A stretch of 32,000 nucleotides of DNA, taken from the NCBI RefSeq assembly GCF_002165375.2, contig NZ_CP032134.1, positions 1,115,817 through 1,147,816 of the forward strand. Direction: 5' to 3'. The DNA is from Acinetobacter chinensis. GTDB lineage: Bacteria; Pseudomonadota; Gammaproteobacteria; Pseudomonadales; Moraxellaceae. Shown here in pieces: positions 17,109 through 24,085 of the stretch. How positions within the stretch are numbered: position 1 is the stretch's first letter; every line of letters begins with the position of its first letter. The notes beneath the pieces were generated by a model, which worked only from the letters and a program-made list of their open reading frames with translations, did no database searches and was not told the DNA's origin. Made by a program: the position numbers and the translations under genes.

Positions 17109-17315
17109 TTAACCTTTTTTAAACAGACGAATCACCAGACCGATACACATCAAAAAGACGACAGCACCGATCACGATTAATGAACCCTGATCCATTAAAC
17201 CCTCAGCACCTGCATCAGCATAAGCAGTAGTTAAATCAGCTGGAGTCAAAGCAAAAGCAGACTGTGTGAAAAGTGAAGCACTTCCAAGTGCTGTAATTGC
17301 AGTGATTTTTTTCAT
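17109..17315 (-). CDS. Major coat protein, pVIII-like
   Basis: 68 aa ORF with a signal peptide ending AFA. The mature ~46 aa form has an acidic N-terminus (D, D, E, D), a hydrophobic core (LIVIGAVVFLMCIGLVI) and a basic C-terminus (RLFKKG). Confidence 0.75.
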   Translation of the reverse strand: MKKITAITALGSASLFTQSAFALTPADLTTAYADAGAEGLMDQGSLIVIGAVVFLMCIGLVIRLFKKG

Positions 17316-17335
17316 GGTTTTACCCCTTAGTTAAG

Positions 17336-17512
17336 TTATGCGCCCAAAAATAAATGTTTGAGCATTTTTACAATGAACACCGTGATAAAACAGCAGATCG
17401 TGAAATACAGCAGTGAATCACGGATATCACCAGTGAAGGTCGGCAATAATTCATATTCAAAACATCTGACAACTGTGTCAGCATTCTGTTGAATCGTTTC
17501 GCAGACTTTCAT
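17336..17512 (-). CDS. Candidate 58 aa small protein (pVII/pIX-position)
   Basis: Own translation: MKVCETIQQNADTVVRCFEYELLPTFTGDIRDSLLYFTICCFITVFIVKMLKHLFLGA. A GGGGGA Shine-Dalgarno precedes it. It lies directly upstream of the major coat gene. Confidence 0.4.
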   Translation of the reverse strand: MKVCETIQQNADTVVRCFEYELLPTFTGDIRDSLLYFTICCFITVFIVKMLKHLFLGA

Positions 17513-17621
17513 TTTTCCCCCTTCTGAACTTTGTCAGAACAGTGAAGAAACTTTTAATATCAAAAAAGATGAAACGACCCAGACCGTATATAAAAAAGAT
17601 AAGTACAAAGTAGTAGGTCAT
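17478..17621 (-). CDS. Candidate 47 aa hydrophobic micro-protein (pVII/pIX-position)
   Basis: Own translation: MTYYFVLIFFIYGLGRFIFFDIKSFFTVLTKFRRGKNESLRNDSTEC. It overlaps the start of the next small ORF. Confidence 0.3.
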   Translation of the reverse strand: MTYYFVLIFFIYGLGRFIFFDIKSFFTVLTKFRRGKNESLRNDSTEC

Positions 17622-17654
17622 GAGATTATTATCCCTATAAATAGCCTAAGCAAA

Positions 17655-17957
17655 TCAAGCAGGTTTTGGAGATGCAGATTTTTGTGGCAAAAGGTCAAGC
17701 AAAATAAGTGCTGAAGTTTTACCGTTCGATACCTGCTCCATAGTCACATCAGCTACCAATGGGAAATCGAGTGATTTGATTTTTTCAAAATTTGCAGACG
17801 TACCCCATTTAATTTGTTCGCCAACTTCACCTACGAAGTTGTCACCAGCCTGTAAATCAGCCTTGTAAAAGATGACAGTCGAGTCATAAGGGCGACCCTG
17901 AAACTCACCTTTTGATGATTTAGCCCCAAGTACAACCATTGTTGATTTAAATTGCAT
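17655..17957 (-). CDS. Putative ssDNA-binding protein (pV / RstB position)
   Basis: 100 aa ORF that overlaps the Rep stop by 11 nt. The call is positional only, from its place immediately after the replication gene, plus its small, beta-rich-looking sequence. Confidence 0.4.
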   Translation of the reverse strand: MQFKSTMVVLGAKSSKGEFQGRPYDSTVIFYKADLQAGDNFVGEVGEQIKWGTSANFEKIKSLDFPLVADVTMEQVSNGKTSALILLDLLPQKSASPKPA

Positions 17958-19431
17958 GAGTTAATCCCTCATAGAAGTTATGTTTAGACGTAAGAAAAGG
18001 CACACCCTCAAATAAAGGTGTCTCATTAATGGTTTTGTTTCGAATAGGTTCACCGATACGCAAAGCTTGCATAACAGCAGAATGTGAAAAAACAAGGCGT
18101 TTAGGAACAACGTCCTTATCAGATGAAATAAGATTTAATAAATCTTCATCATTAATAAATTTACGAAATTGACGAATGTATTTACCGAATTGATGCTTAA
18201 GAACATCTAAAGCTTTATCTACATTGATAGTCGCTTGTTTTTCGATAAGCTCACATTTTTCAGGTACAACAAAATCATTTAGTTGATTTGCAAGAATCTC
18301 AAGCGCAGGGTAAGCACCTTTAAAATAAGTGCTCGGAGACAAAAGAATATCAAGTGGCAAATACCGATCAGTTGACTTAAGCTCCAGCTCTGCACGTGTC
18401 CAGAGACTAAGAGAATCCCCTTCCTTTTTGCCACGTTCATAAAAACGTAAGAATTTTGAACTTGAACGATTACCGACAGTTAAAGTACGCCCTTTACCAT
18501 TAATACGTTTCCAATCACCTAGACAATTTATCTCAGGATTACAGCCACCACACCAGAAAAGGTTCTGAGAATCCCATTCATAGGCAAGATCAACAGAGAC
18601 CCATTCGCTATCAAAGTCATCAAATGCAATATCAACCCTGTTAAGCTTCGGAGATACAGCCTGTACAGTTAGAAATTTATAAAGCTGTTCATTCCAACCT
18701 TTACGAGCTAAAGCACAGCCAGTACCGTTAATTTGAACAGTTACACGTTTATTGTTATGACCATAAAGCACAATGCCGAGGTTATCTTGCAAGTCATATC
18801 CAAATTTATTCCAGTGCATTCCTTTTTCACGTTTCTGTGAAATGCCAAAGCCAAAAATTTCAAAAAGAAGCTGATCAAGCCAAGTCTCAATAGCATCACC
18901 AACAGATTCATTAACCTGCTCTGGAGTAAGCATTACGTATTTATCACCGAATGTACTCTGACAAAAACTGAAGGTAATCCAATCTAAACCACAAATAGAG
19001 TTATCAATTGGAACAGCACGCAGAACAGGTAAAACACCTTGTGGCGTAGAAATCAGTTTGTAATTATCTAAGTTCCGAGGAAAAGCCCATGAATCAGATG
19101 CTTTTTGCGTATCCGCTACCCCTATATTATAAAAAGGGGAGCTTTCTGCCGTCTTTTGTGCAGGTATGGCTATTTTTTGTACAAATATTTCTGCAATGGA
19201 TTGATCATCTTTTTTCTTCGGTTTAACCAACGTGTTTTCAAAAGCACAAAGCTTGTTACGTGTAATGCCATCAAGCATGTTTCTTAAAATCTGAGAATCC
19301 GCAAGTGTGAGATCGCCAAATGCAGCACGAGCATAAAGCTCATGAGAAATTTCTTTTTCTTGATCAAATATTTCAGCGAGCGATAAGGATGCTGAATCAA
19401 AAGCTTGAATTTGAGAAAGGATTGTATTCAT
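17947..19431 (-). CDS. Rolling-circle replication initiator (pII / RstA-like, Rep_trans-type)
   Basis: 494 aa ORF. The segments VSPKLNRVDIAFDDFD, TLTVGNRSSSKFLRFYERGKKEG and RAELELK resemble the replication initiation factor family of CTXphi RstA, from memory. It is the first large gene of the leftward operon. Confidence 0.7.
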   Translation of the reverse strand: MNTILSQIQAFDSASLSLAEIFDQEKEISHELYARAAFGDLTLADSQILRNMLDGITRNKLCAFENTLVKPKKKDDQSIAEIFVQKIAIPAQKTAESSPFYNIGVADTQKASDSWAFPRNLDNYKLISTPQGVLPVLRAVPIDNSICGLDWITFSFCQSTFGDKYVMLTPEQVNESVGDAIETWLDQLLFEIFGFGISQKREKGMHWNKFGYDLQDNLGIVLYGHNNKRVTVQINGTGCALARKGWNEQLYKFLTVQAVSPKLNRVDIAFDDFDSEWVSVDLAYEWDSQNLFWCGGCNPEINCLGDWKRINGKGRTLTVGNRSSSKFLRFYERGKKEGDSLSLWTRAELELKSTDRYLPLDILLSPSTYFKGAYPALEILANQLNDFVVPEKCELIEKQATINVDKALDVLKHQFGKYIRQFRKFINDEDLLNLISSDKDVVPKRLVFSHSAVMQALRIGEPIRNKTINETPLFEGVPFLTSKHNFYEGLTHAI

Positions 19432-19515
19432 TCAAACCCCCATACCAAATAAGTAGCCCGAGATAAAACCAAGAACAACGCCAAGACCATAGGAAACGTA
19501 ATTAAAATCAGACAT
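19432..19515 (-). CDS. Candidate 27 aa TM micro-protein coupled between the 83 aa ORF and rep
   Basis: Own translation: MSDFNYVSYGLGVVLGFISGYLFGMGV. Its ATG overlaps the upstream TAA (TAATG), and its TGA abuts the rep ATG (TGAATG). Confidence 0.3.
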   Translation of the reverse strand: MSDFNYVSYGLGVVLGFISGYLFGMGV

Positions 19516-19766
19516 TAATCTTCCCCAAAAGCTTCAATAAGTTCTGAATTGGTTGCCTTAGTAATATGGTAATAAGCCTCAATTTTTGAAGCATCGTAGG
19601 ACCAATCTTGAGCAACTGTAGAAAGATGAGAAAGGCACTTCTCAGTAGAAATCGCAGGGGTTAATGCTTCAAAGCAAGGTTGAGCATGATCAGAGATAAT
19701 CTTAGCGACCTGATCAAAAGCAGCCTGAATAAATTCAGATTTAGTTTTAAAACTCAGATCAGCCAT
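19515..19766 (-). CDS. Hypothetical acidic 83 aa protein, first ORF of the leftward phage operon
   Basis: ORF with an AAGGGG Shine-Dalgarno. I recognise no family. Confidence 0.5.
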   Translation of the reverse strand: MADLSFKTKSEFIQAAFDQVAKIISDHAQPCFEALTPAISTEKCLSHLSTVAQDWSYDASKIEAYYHITKATNSELIEAFGED

Positions 19767-19807
19767 AAAAGCCCCTTGTATATTTTTTGACTAAAATCAA
19801 TTAGATT

Positions 19808-19835
19808 GACTTAACAGGTTACAGCCTGTTAAGTC
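19808..19835. promoter_or_regulatory. Perfect 11 bp-arm inverted repeat upstream of the leftward phage operon
   Basis: gacttaacagg-ttacag-cctgttaagtc, lying 42-69 nt upstream of the ATG at 19766. Confidence 0.4.
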
Positions 19836-20130
19836 ATTCAAATGTCATAGTGAGTGGAGATGAATATGACACCCGAAGTTTTAAATGAAGTAGCTACAAA
19901 TTCTTTTCTAAGTTTCTTAACTAAAAATTGGTTATTAATATTGATAGGAATGATCGTATTAATCATAAAAGTCAGAATGAAATAATCAGACCAATGAACC
20001 AAAATAAAACCAGATTAAGAAAACCGTAATTACCCCAAAAACATAACCCTGTATTGCATATGAATATTTACTATTAAAAATCTTAGAAATTATTTTTAGC
20101 ATGCAGGGATATCCTATTTTTTTTAACAAA

Positions 20131-20210
20131 CTTCGCAAAAATGCGAAGATGGAAGCAAAAAAAATCTTTACAATTATGCGAAGTGAATATACTTCGCATA
20201 ATTGCGAAAA
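20131..20210. promoter_or_regulatory. Operator-like TGCGAAG/CTTCGCA palindromes over the regulator promoter
   Basis: Inverted repeat 1 is cttcgca-aaaa-tgcgaag (20131-20148). Inverted repeat 2 is attatgcgaagt-gaatat-acttcgcataat (20173-20202, 12 bp arms). There is an extra half-site, aattgcgaa, just after. TTTACA (20167-20172) and TATACT (20188-20193) overlap inverted repeat 2. Confidence 0.45.
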
Positions 20211-20225
20211 ATCAAGAGGTGAAAA

Positions 20226-20513
20226 ATGCTGAACGAACTTATTGAGAAGTGCAAGGAACGATTTGGGAGTTACGAAAAATTAGCATGGGAATTAGAATTA
20301 ACCCCATCAGTTGTTTCAGATTGGCGAGCAAAAAGAAGAAAACCCAACACAATTCAAGTCATGCAAATGGCTGAATTTGTTGGGTTTGATCAGTACCAAA
20401 CACTCTGCTTAGTGATGGAAGAAATCGACATCAAGAATGCAGAGCTTTGGAGAAAATGGCGTCCCTACGGGGATTCGAACCCCGGTTACCGCCGTGAAAG
20501 GGCGATGTCCTAG
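20226..20513 (+). CDS. Phage HTH transcriptional regulator (repressor candidate); 3' end crosses the att core into tRNA-Glu
   Basis: 95 aa ORF with an AGAGG Shine-Dalgarno. It has an HTH-like segment (YEKLAWELELTPSVVSDWRAKRRKP). It is divergent from the structural operon, as rstR is in CTXphi. The last 19 codons (WRPYGDSNPGYRRERAMS-stop) are the antisense of tRNA-Glu. Confidence 0.6.
   Translation: MLNELIEKCKERFGSYEKLAWELELTPSVVSDWRAKRRKPNTIQVMQMAEFVGFDQYQTLCLVMEEIDIKNAELWRKWRPYGDSNPGYRRERAMS
20456..20505 (-). repeat. Prophage att direct repeat (forms the 3' part of the intact tRNA-Glu)
   Basis: Identical to 12164-12213. Confidence 0.9.
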
Positions 20514-20532
20514 GCCTCTAGACGATAGGGAC
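20457..20532 (-). tRNA. tRNA-Glu (UUC), copy 1 (prophage-occupied)
   Basis: The minus strand reads GTCCCTATCGTCTAGAGGCCTAGGACATCGCCCTTTCACGGCGGTAACCGGGGTTCGAATCCCCGTAGGGACGCCA. Acceptor stem GTCCCTA/TAGGGAC, anticodon loop CTTTCAC, T-loop TTCGAAT, encoded CCA. It is close to E. coli tRNA-Glu. Confidence 0.95.
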
Positions 20533-20563
20533 TTATATGAGGCAATACTTCTGAAACAATTAA

Positions 20564-20639
20564 TGGCGTCCCTACGGGGATTCGAACCCCGGTTACCGCC
20601 GTGAAAGGGCGATGTCCTAGGCCTCTAGACGATAGGGAC
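20564..20639 (-). tRNA. tRNA-Glu (UUC), copy 2 (tandem with copy 1, 31 nt spacer)
   Basis: 76 nt identical to copy 1. Confidence 0.95.
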
Positions 20640-20656
20640 GTTTCAGAGGTGGGCGT

Positions 20657-20685
20657 ATATTAGGTTGAAAATACGGGGGTGTCAA
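20657..20685 (-). promoter_or_regulatory. sigma70 promoter of the tandem tRNA-Glu pair
   Basis: Minus strand TTGACA (20685-20680), 17 nt spacer, TAATAT (20662-20657), 17 nt upstream of the mature tRNA 5' end. Confidence 0.6.
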
Positions 20686-20842
20686 ATCATTTCAGGGAAT
20701 AAAACTTAAAAAAATGACTGGATGTATGAAAATAAATCACTTATGCAAAAATGGAATAAAAATACAGCAATTTAAGAGTTCTTTCGTACTTCTAACTTCA
20801 TTTTCTGAGATCGGCAAATGATGCGAATTGAACTTTATAAAT

Positions 20843-20874
20843 AAAAAAAAGAGCAGTCAAAATTGCTCTTTTTA
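20843..20874. terminator. Bidirectional rho-independent terminator after permease 1
   Basis: A-run, agagca-gtcaaaat-tgctct, T-run. On the minus strand the stem is followed by eight T. Confidence 0.6.
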
Positions 20875-20889
20875 AGTATCGGGACTGTT

Positions 20890-22308
20890 TTAGGATTTTT
20901 TGTGATAAAGCAGGTAGTAACTGATATAGCATCCTGCAATAAAAATCAGACAGCCAATAAAACCTGGCAGCATTTCTGGATCAAAAACCATGCTGATACA
21001 GGTGATCAGACAGAACAGGAAACCCAGAACAGGAACAACAGGGAACAGCGGTGCTGCAAACCCTAAGTCTTTGGCAGTTTTACCCTGTTTATACCATTGG
21101 CGACGGAAGTTGAACTGGCTCAGACAGATACTCATCCACACCACCACCATGGTAAAAGCCGCAATTCCCAACAGATTTTTAAAGATGGTTTCCGGTGCAA
21201 ATTTTTCTGAAAGTAAGCCAGGTAATCCACCCAGCATAGTTACGATAACTGCCACATAAGGGATGCCGCGCGTGTTTACGCGGGAAAATATGGCAGGTAA
21301 CTGCTTCTGATAAGATAAAGACCACATCATACGGGATGCAGCAAACAACCCTGAGTTTGCAGCTGACAACAGCGCCGTGATAATGACAAAACGGATAATA
21401 TCTTCTGCATAAGGAATACCGATATGGTCAAACACCGTCACGAAAGGACTGCTGCTGACACCTTCTGCATCCAGTCCTGCCATCTGATGTGGCAACAGTG
21501 CACTGATCACAACAATCGTTCCTACAAAGAAAATCAGCAGGCGCCAGATGGCAGTATTGATTGCTTTAGGCACATTTTTGGCGGGGTCCTGAGTTTCACC
21601 TGCAGCAACACCAATCAGTTCTGTCCCTGAAAATGCAAAATTTACAATCAGCATGGTGGCAAAAATTGGAAACAGACCTTCAGGGAACCAGCCTTGAGCA
21701 GTCAGATTGCTGAACAGTGGCGCAGATTCATAATCCTGATAGCTCAGTACACCTGTAATGGCAAGCAAGCCCAGCAGGATGAAAGCAATCACAGTCACAA
21801 CTTTGACCAACGCCAGCCAGAACTCAGACTCTGCAAACCAGCGGGTCGAACTCATATTCATTGCAAAGACAAATGCTGCAAAAATAATGGTCCAGATCCA
21901 TACGGAAATATGGGGAAACCATTCCTGCATCAATAAAGCAGCTGCGGTAAATTCTGTGCCCAGTGTGGCAGCCCAGGTCAGCCAGTATAACCAGGTGATG
22001 GTATATCCGGTGCCAGGTCCGATATATTGTCTGGCATATGCACCAAATGAGCCTGAGACTGGCATATGGACAGCCAGTTCACCCAGGCAGAGCATAACCA
22101 TGTAAGCAATGACACCGCCCAGAATGTATGAAATGATAGCGCCAACAGGACCAGTCTGTGCAATTACCTCACCAGAACCCAGGAATAAACCTGTTCCGAT
22201 TGCCCCACCCAGTGAAATCATAACCAGATGCCGGGTGCTCATGGCACGCTTTAATGGCGCGGAACTGTCCTGTGATACAGAATCTTCCGTATTATGACTT
22301 GTCTGCAT
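20890..22308 (-). CDS. APC-superfamily amino-acid permease (LysP/AroP-like), paralog 1
   Basis: 472 aa ORF with 12 predicted TM helices. It has the N-terminal signature LKRAMSTRHLVMISLGGAIGTGLF plus GELAVHMPVSGSFGAY and FSGTELIGVAAGETQDP. Confidence 0.85.
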   Translation of the reverse strand: MQTSHNTEDSVSQDSSAPLKRAMSTRHLVMISLGGAIGTGLFLGSGEVIAQTGPVGAIISYILGGVIAYMVMLCLGELAVHMPVSGSFGAYARQYIGPGTGYTITWLYWLTWAATLGTEFTAAALLMQEWFPHISVWIWTIIFAAFVFAMNMSSTRWFAESEFWLALVKVVTVIAFILLGLLAITGVLSYQDYESAPLFSNLTAQGWFPEGLFPIFATMLIVNFAFSGTELIGVAAGETQDPAKNVPKAINTAIWRLLIFFVGTIVVISALLPHQMAGLDAEGVSSSPFVTVFDHIGIPYAEDIIRFVIITALLSAANSGLFAASRMMWSLSYQKQLPAIFSRVNTRGIPYVAVIVTMLGGLPGLLSEKFAPETIFKNLLGIAAFTMVVVWMSICLSQFNFRRQWYKQGKTAKDLGFAAPLFPVVPVLGFLFCLITCISMVFDPEMLPGFIGCLIFIAGCYISYYLLYHKKS

Positions 22309-22414
22309 AACTGAAAAAATGAAAATGTGTAATGAAGCGCGCTATTGTAGTGAAAAATGCCAATACTGCAATGTAATAATGATAAATAGCGAAAGAAAAT
22401 AAAGAAGATATAGA

Positions 22415-22490
22415 TGGCGTCCCTACGGGGATTCGAACCCCGGTTACCGCCGTGAAAGGGCGATGTCCTAGGCCTCTAGACGATAGGGAC
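22415..22490 (-). tRNA. tRNA-Glu (UUC), copy 3
   Basis: 76 nt identical to copy 1. Confidence 0.95.
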
Positions 22491-22507
22491 GTTGCGAGGT
22501 GATGCGT

Positions 22508-22536
22508 ATATTATGGATTTTTTTACAGAGTGTCAA
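22508..22536 (-). promoter_or_regulatory. sigma70 promoter of tRNA-Glu copy 3
   Basis: Minus strand TTGACA (22536-22531), 17 nt spacer, TAATAT (22513-22508). The discriminator region resembles that of the 20657 promoter (GAGGTG.GCGTATATTA on the plus strand). Confidence 0.6.
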
Positions 22537-22597
22537 ACCAAACTGAATGTTATTTTTATAATGCTGATTTAAATGGATAAAAAATGTGTTATTTCAT

Positions 22598-22632
22598 AAA
22601 AAAAGGTACAGAAAAAAGTCTGTACCTTTTTT
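22598..22632. terminator. Bidirectional rho-independent terminator after permease 2
   Basis: A-run, ggtacag-aaaaaagt-ctgtacc, T-run. Confidence 0.6.
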
Positions 22633-22651
22633 ATTTATGGCAATCATCAGA

Positions 22652-24085
22652 TTATTTTTTTGGATGATAAAGCCAGTAATAGCTGGCATAACATGCAGCC
22701 ATAAACAACAGACATCCAATAAATCCAGACAGCATTTCAGGGTCAGCAGCCATACTTAAACCTGTCGCGGTACAGCAGACAAAACCGAGTATGGGCACGA
22801 GTGGATACCAGGGCGTTCTGAATTTTAATTCACTGAGCTGATGCCCCTGCTTTAACCACTGACGACGGAAATTAAACTGACTCCAGCAGATACTCATCCA
22901 GACAATCACCATGGTGAACGCAGCCACACCCAGCAGGTTTTTGAAAATAACATCGGCACCGAACTGTTCTGACAATAAACCAGGCAGACCACCGATCATG
23001 GTCACCAGTACCGCTATATACGGAATACCAGATCGTGTAATTCTACTGAAAACTTTAGGCAGCTGCCCTTGTGCAGATAAAGCCCACATCATACGTGAAG
23101 CTGCATACAGACCTGAGTTGGCAGTCGACAGTAAGGCTGTGATAATGACAAAGCGCATGATGTCTTCAGCATAAGGAATCCCCATCAGGTTAAAGACAGA
23201 AACGAAAGGGCTGCTGCTGATGCCATCACCATGTGCTGGTGCATTGATTCCTGCATCCTGGTAGGGTAACAGGGAGCTGATGACAATAATCGTCCCGACA
23301 AAGAAAATCATGAGGCGCCATACGGCAGCATGAATGGCTTTCGGTACATTCTGTTCAGGATTTTCTGTCTCGCCTGCTGCAATACCGATCATTTCTGTAC
23401 CGTTAAAGGCGAAATTTACAATCAGCAGAGTGGTAAACAGTGGAATCAGACCATTTGGCAGCCAGCCATGTTCAGTCAGATTACTGAAAAGTGGAGCAGA
23501 ACTGTAGCCCTGAAATGGAATAAATCCAAAGATTGCACCCGCACCCAGCAAAATGAAAATCAGTACCGTTGCAACCTTAATCATGGACAGCCAGAATTCA
23601 GACTCTGCAAATGTCCGAGTGGAGCTCAGGTTGGAGAGTAAAACCCCAGCTGCAAAAATAAGTGTCCATAACCAGATGGATGTGGTGGGGAACCATTCCT
23701 GCATTAGTATTGCAGCAGCAGTAAACTCGGTTCCCAGTGTTGCGGACCAGCCCAGCCAGTACATCCAGGACACCATATAGCCTGTACCTGGACCGATATA
23801 CTGGGTGGCAAATGCACCGAAAGAACCTGATACAGGTAAATGTACAGCCAGTTCGCCCAGACAGAGCATGACCATATAGGCGATCAGACCACCAATAATA
23901 TACGCAGTCACAGCACCCAGCGGTCCAGCCTGTGAAATGACTTCGCCAGAACCCATAAACAGTCCTGTACCAATTGCCCCTCCCAAAGAAAGCATAATCA
24001 GATGCCGTTTGCTCATGGCACGTTTCAGGGAAGGGCTTTGCTCCTCGGCAGTATCTGTCTGCGAAGGTTGAGAGGGAGAATGCAT
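22652..24085 (-). CDS. APC-superfamily amino-acid permease (LysP/AroP-like), paralog 2
   Basis: 477 aa ORF, collinear with paralog 1. Long identical runs include GGAIGTGLF, IAYMVMLCLGELAVH, PVSGSFGA, QYIGPGTGY, LGTEFTAAA and LMQEWFP. Confidence 0.85.
   Translation of the reverse strand: MHSPSQPSQTDTAEEQSPSLKRAMSKRHLIMLSLGGAIGTGLFMGSGEVISQAGPLGAVTAYIIGGLIAYMVMLCLGELAVHLPVSGSFGAFATQYIGPGTGYMVSWMYWLGWSATLGTEFTAAAILMQEWFPTTSIWLWTLIFAAGVLLSNLSSTRTFAESEFWLSMIKVATVLIFILLGAGAIFGFIPFQGYSSAPLFSNLTEHGWLPNGLIPLFTTLLIVNFAFNGTEMIGIAAGETENPEQNVPKAIHAAVWRLMIFFVGTIIVISSLLPYQDAGINAPAHGDGISSSPFVSVFNLMGIPYAEDIMRFVIITALLSTANSGLYAASRMMWALSAQGQLPKVFSRITRSGIPYIAVLVTMIGGLPGLLSEQFGADVIFKNLLGVAAFTMVIVWMSICWSQFNFRRQWLKQGHQLSELKFRTPWYPLVPILGFVCCTATGLSMAADPEMLSGFIGCLLFMAACYASYYWLYHPKK

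Larger units (their letters stand above)
12164..20505. mobile_element. Integrated filamentous (inovirus, CTXphi/Ff-like) prophage, ~8.3 kb, in tRNA-Glu
   Basis: Perfect 50 bp direct repeats at both ends. The module order is collinear with Ff and CTXphi: Rep, ssDNA-binding candidate, micro-ORFs, pVIII-like, pIII-like, pVI-like, Zot/pI, hairpin-rich intergenic region. It also has an integrase next to one repeat and a divergent HTH regulator next to the other. Genes are tightly packed and overlapping. Confidence 0.85.

Noticed and set aside
12164-20505. CTXphi-style XerCD/dif integration.
   Set aside because: The flanking direct repeats are a tRNA-Glu 3' end, not a dif-like 28-mer. I saw no dif-like sequence at either junction, and the element encodes its own tyrosine integrase.
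20863-23780. Numerous plus-strand and off-frame ORFs inside the two permease genes, for example 20990-21259, 21758-22105 and 23330-23641.
   Set aside because: They are antisense or off-frame shadows of 12-TM permease genes, with no independent signals.
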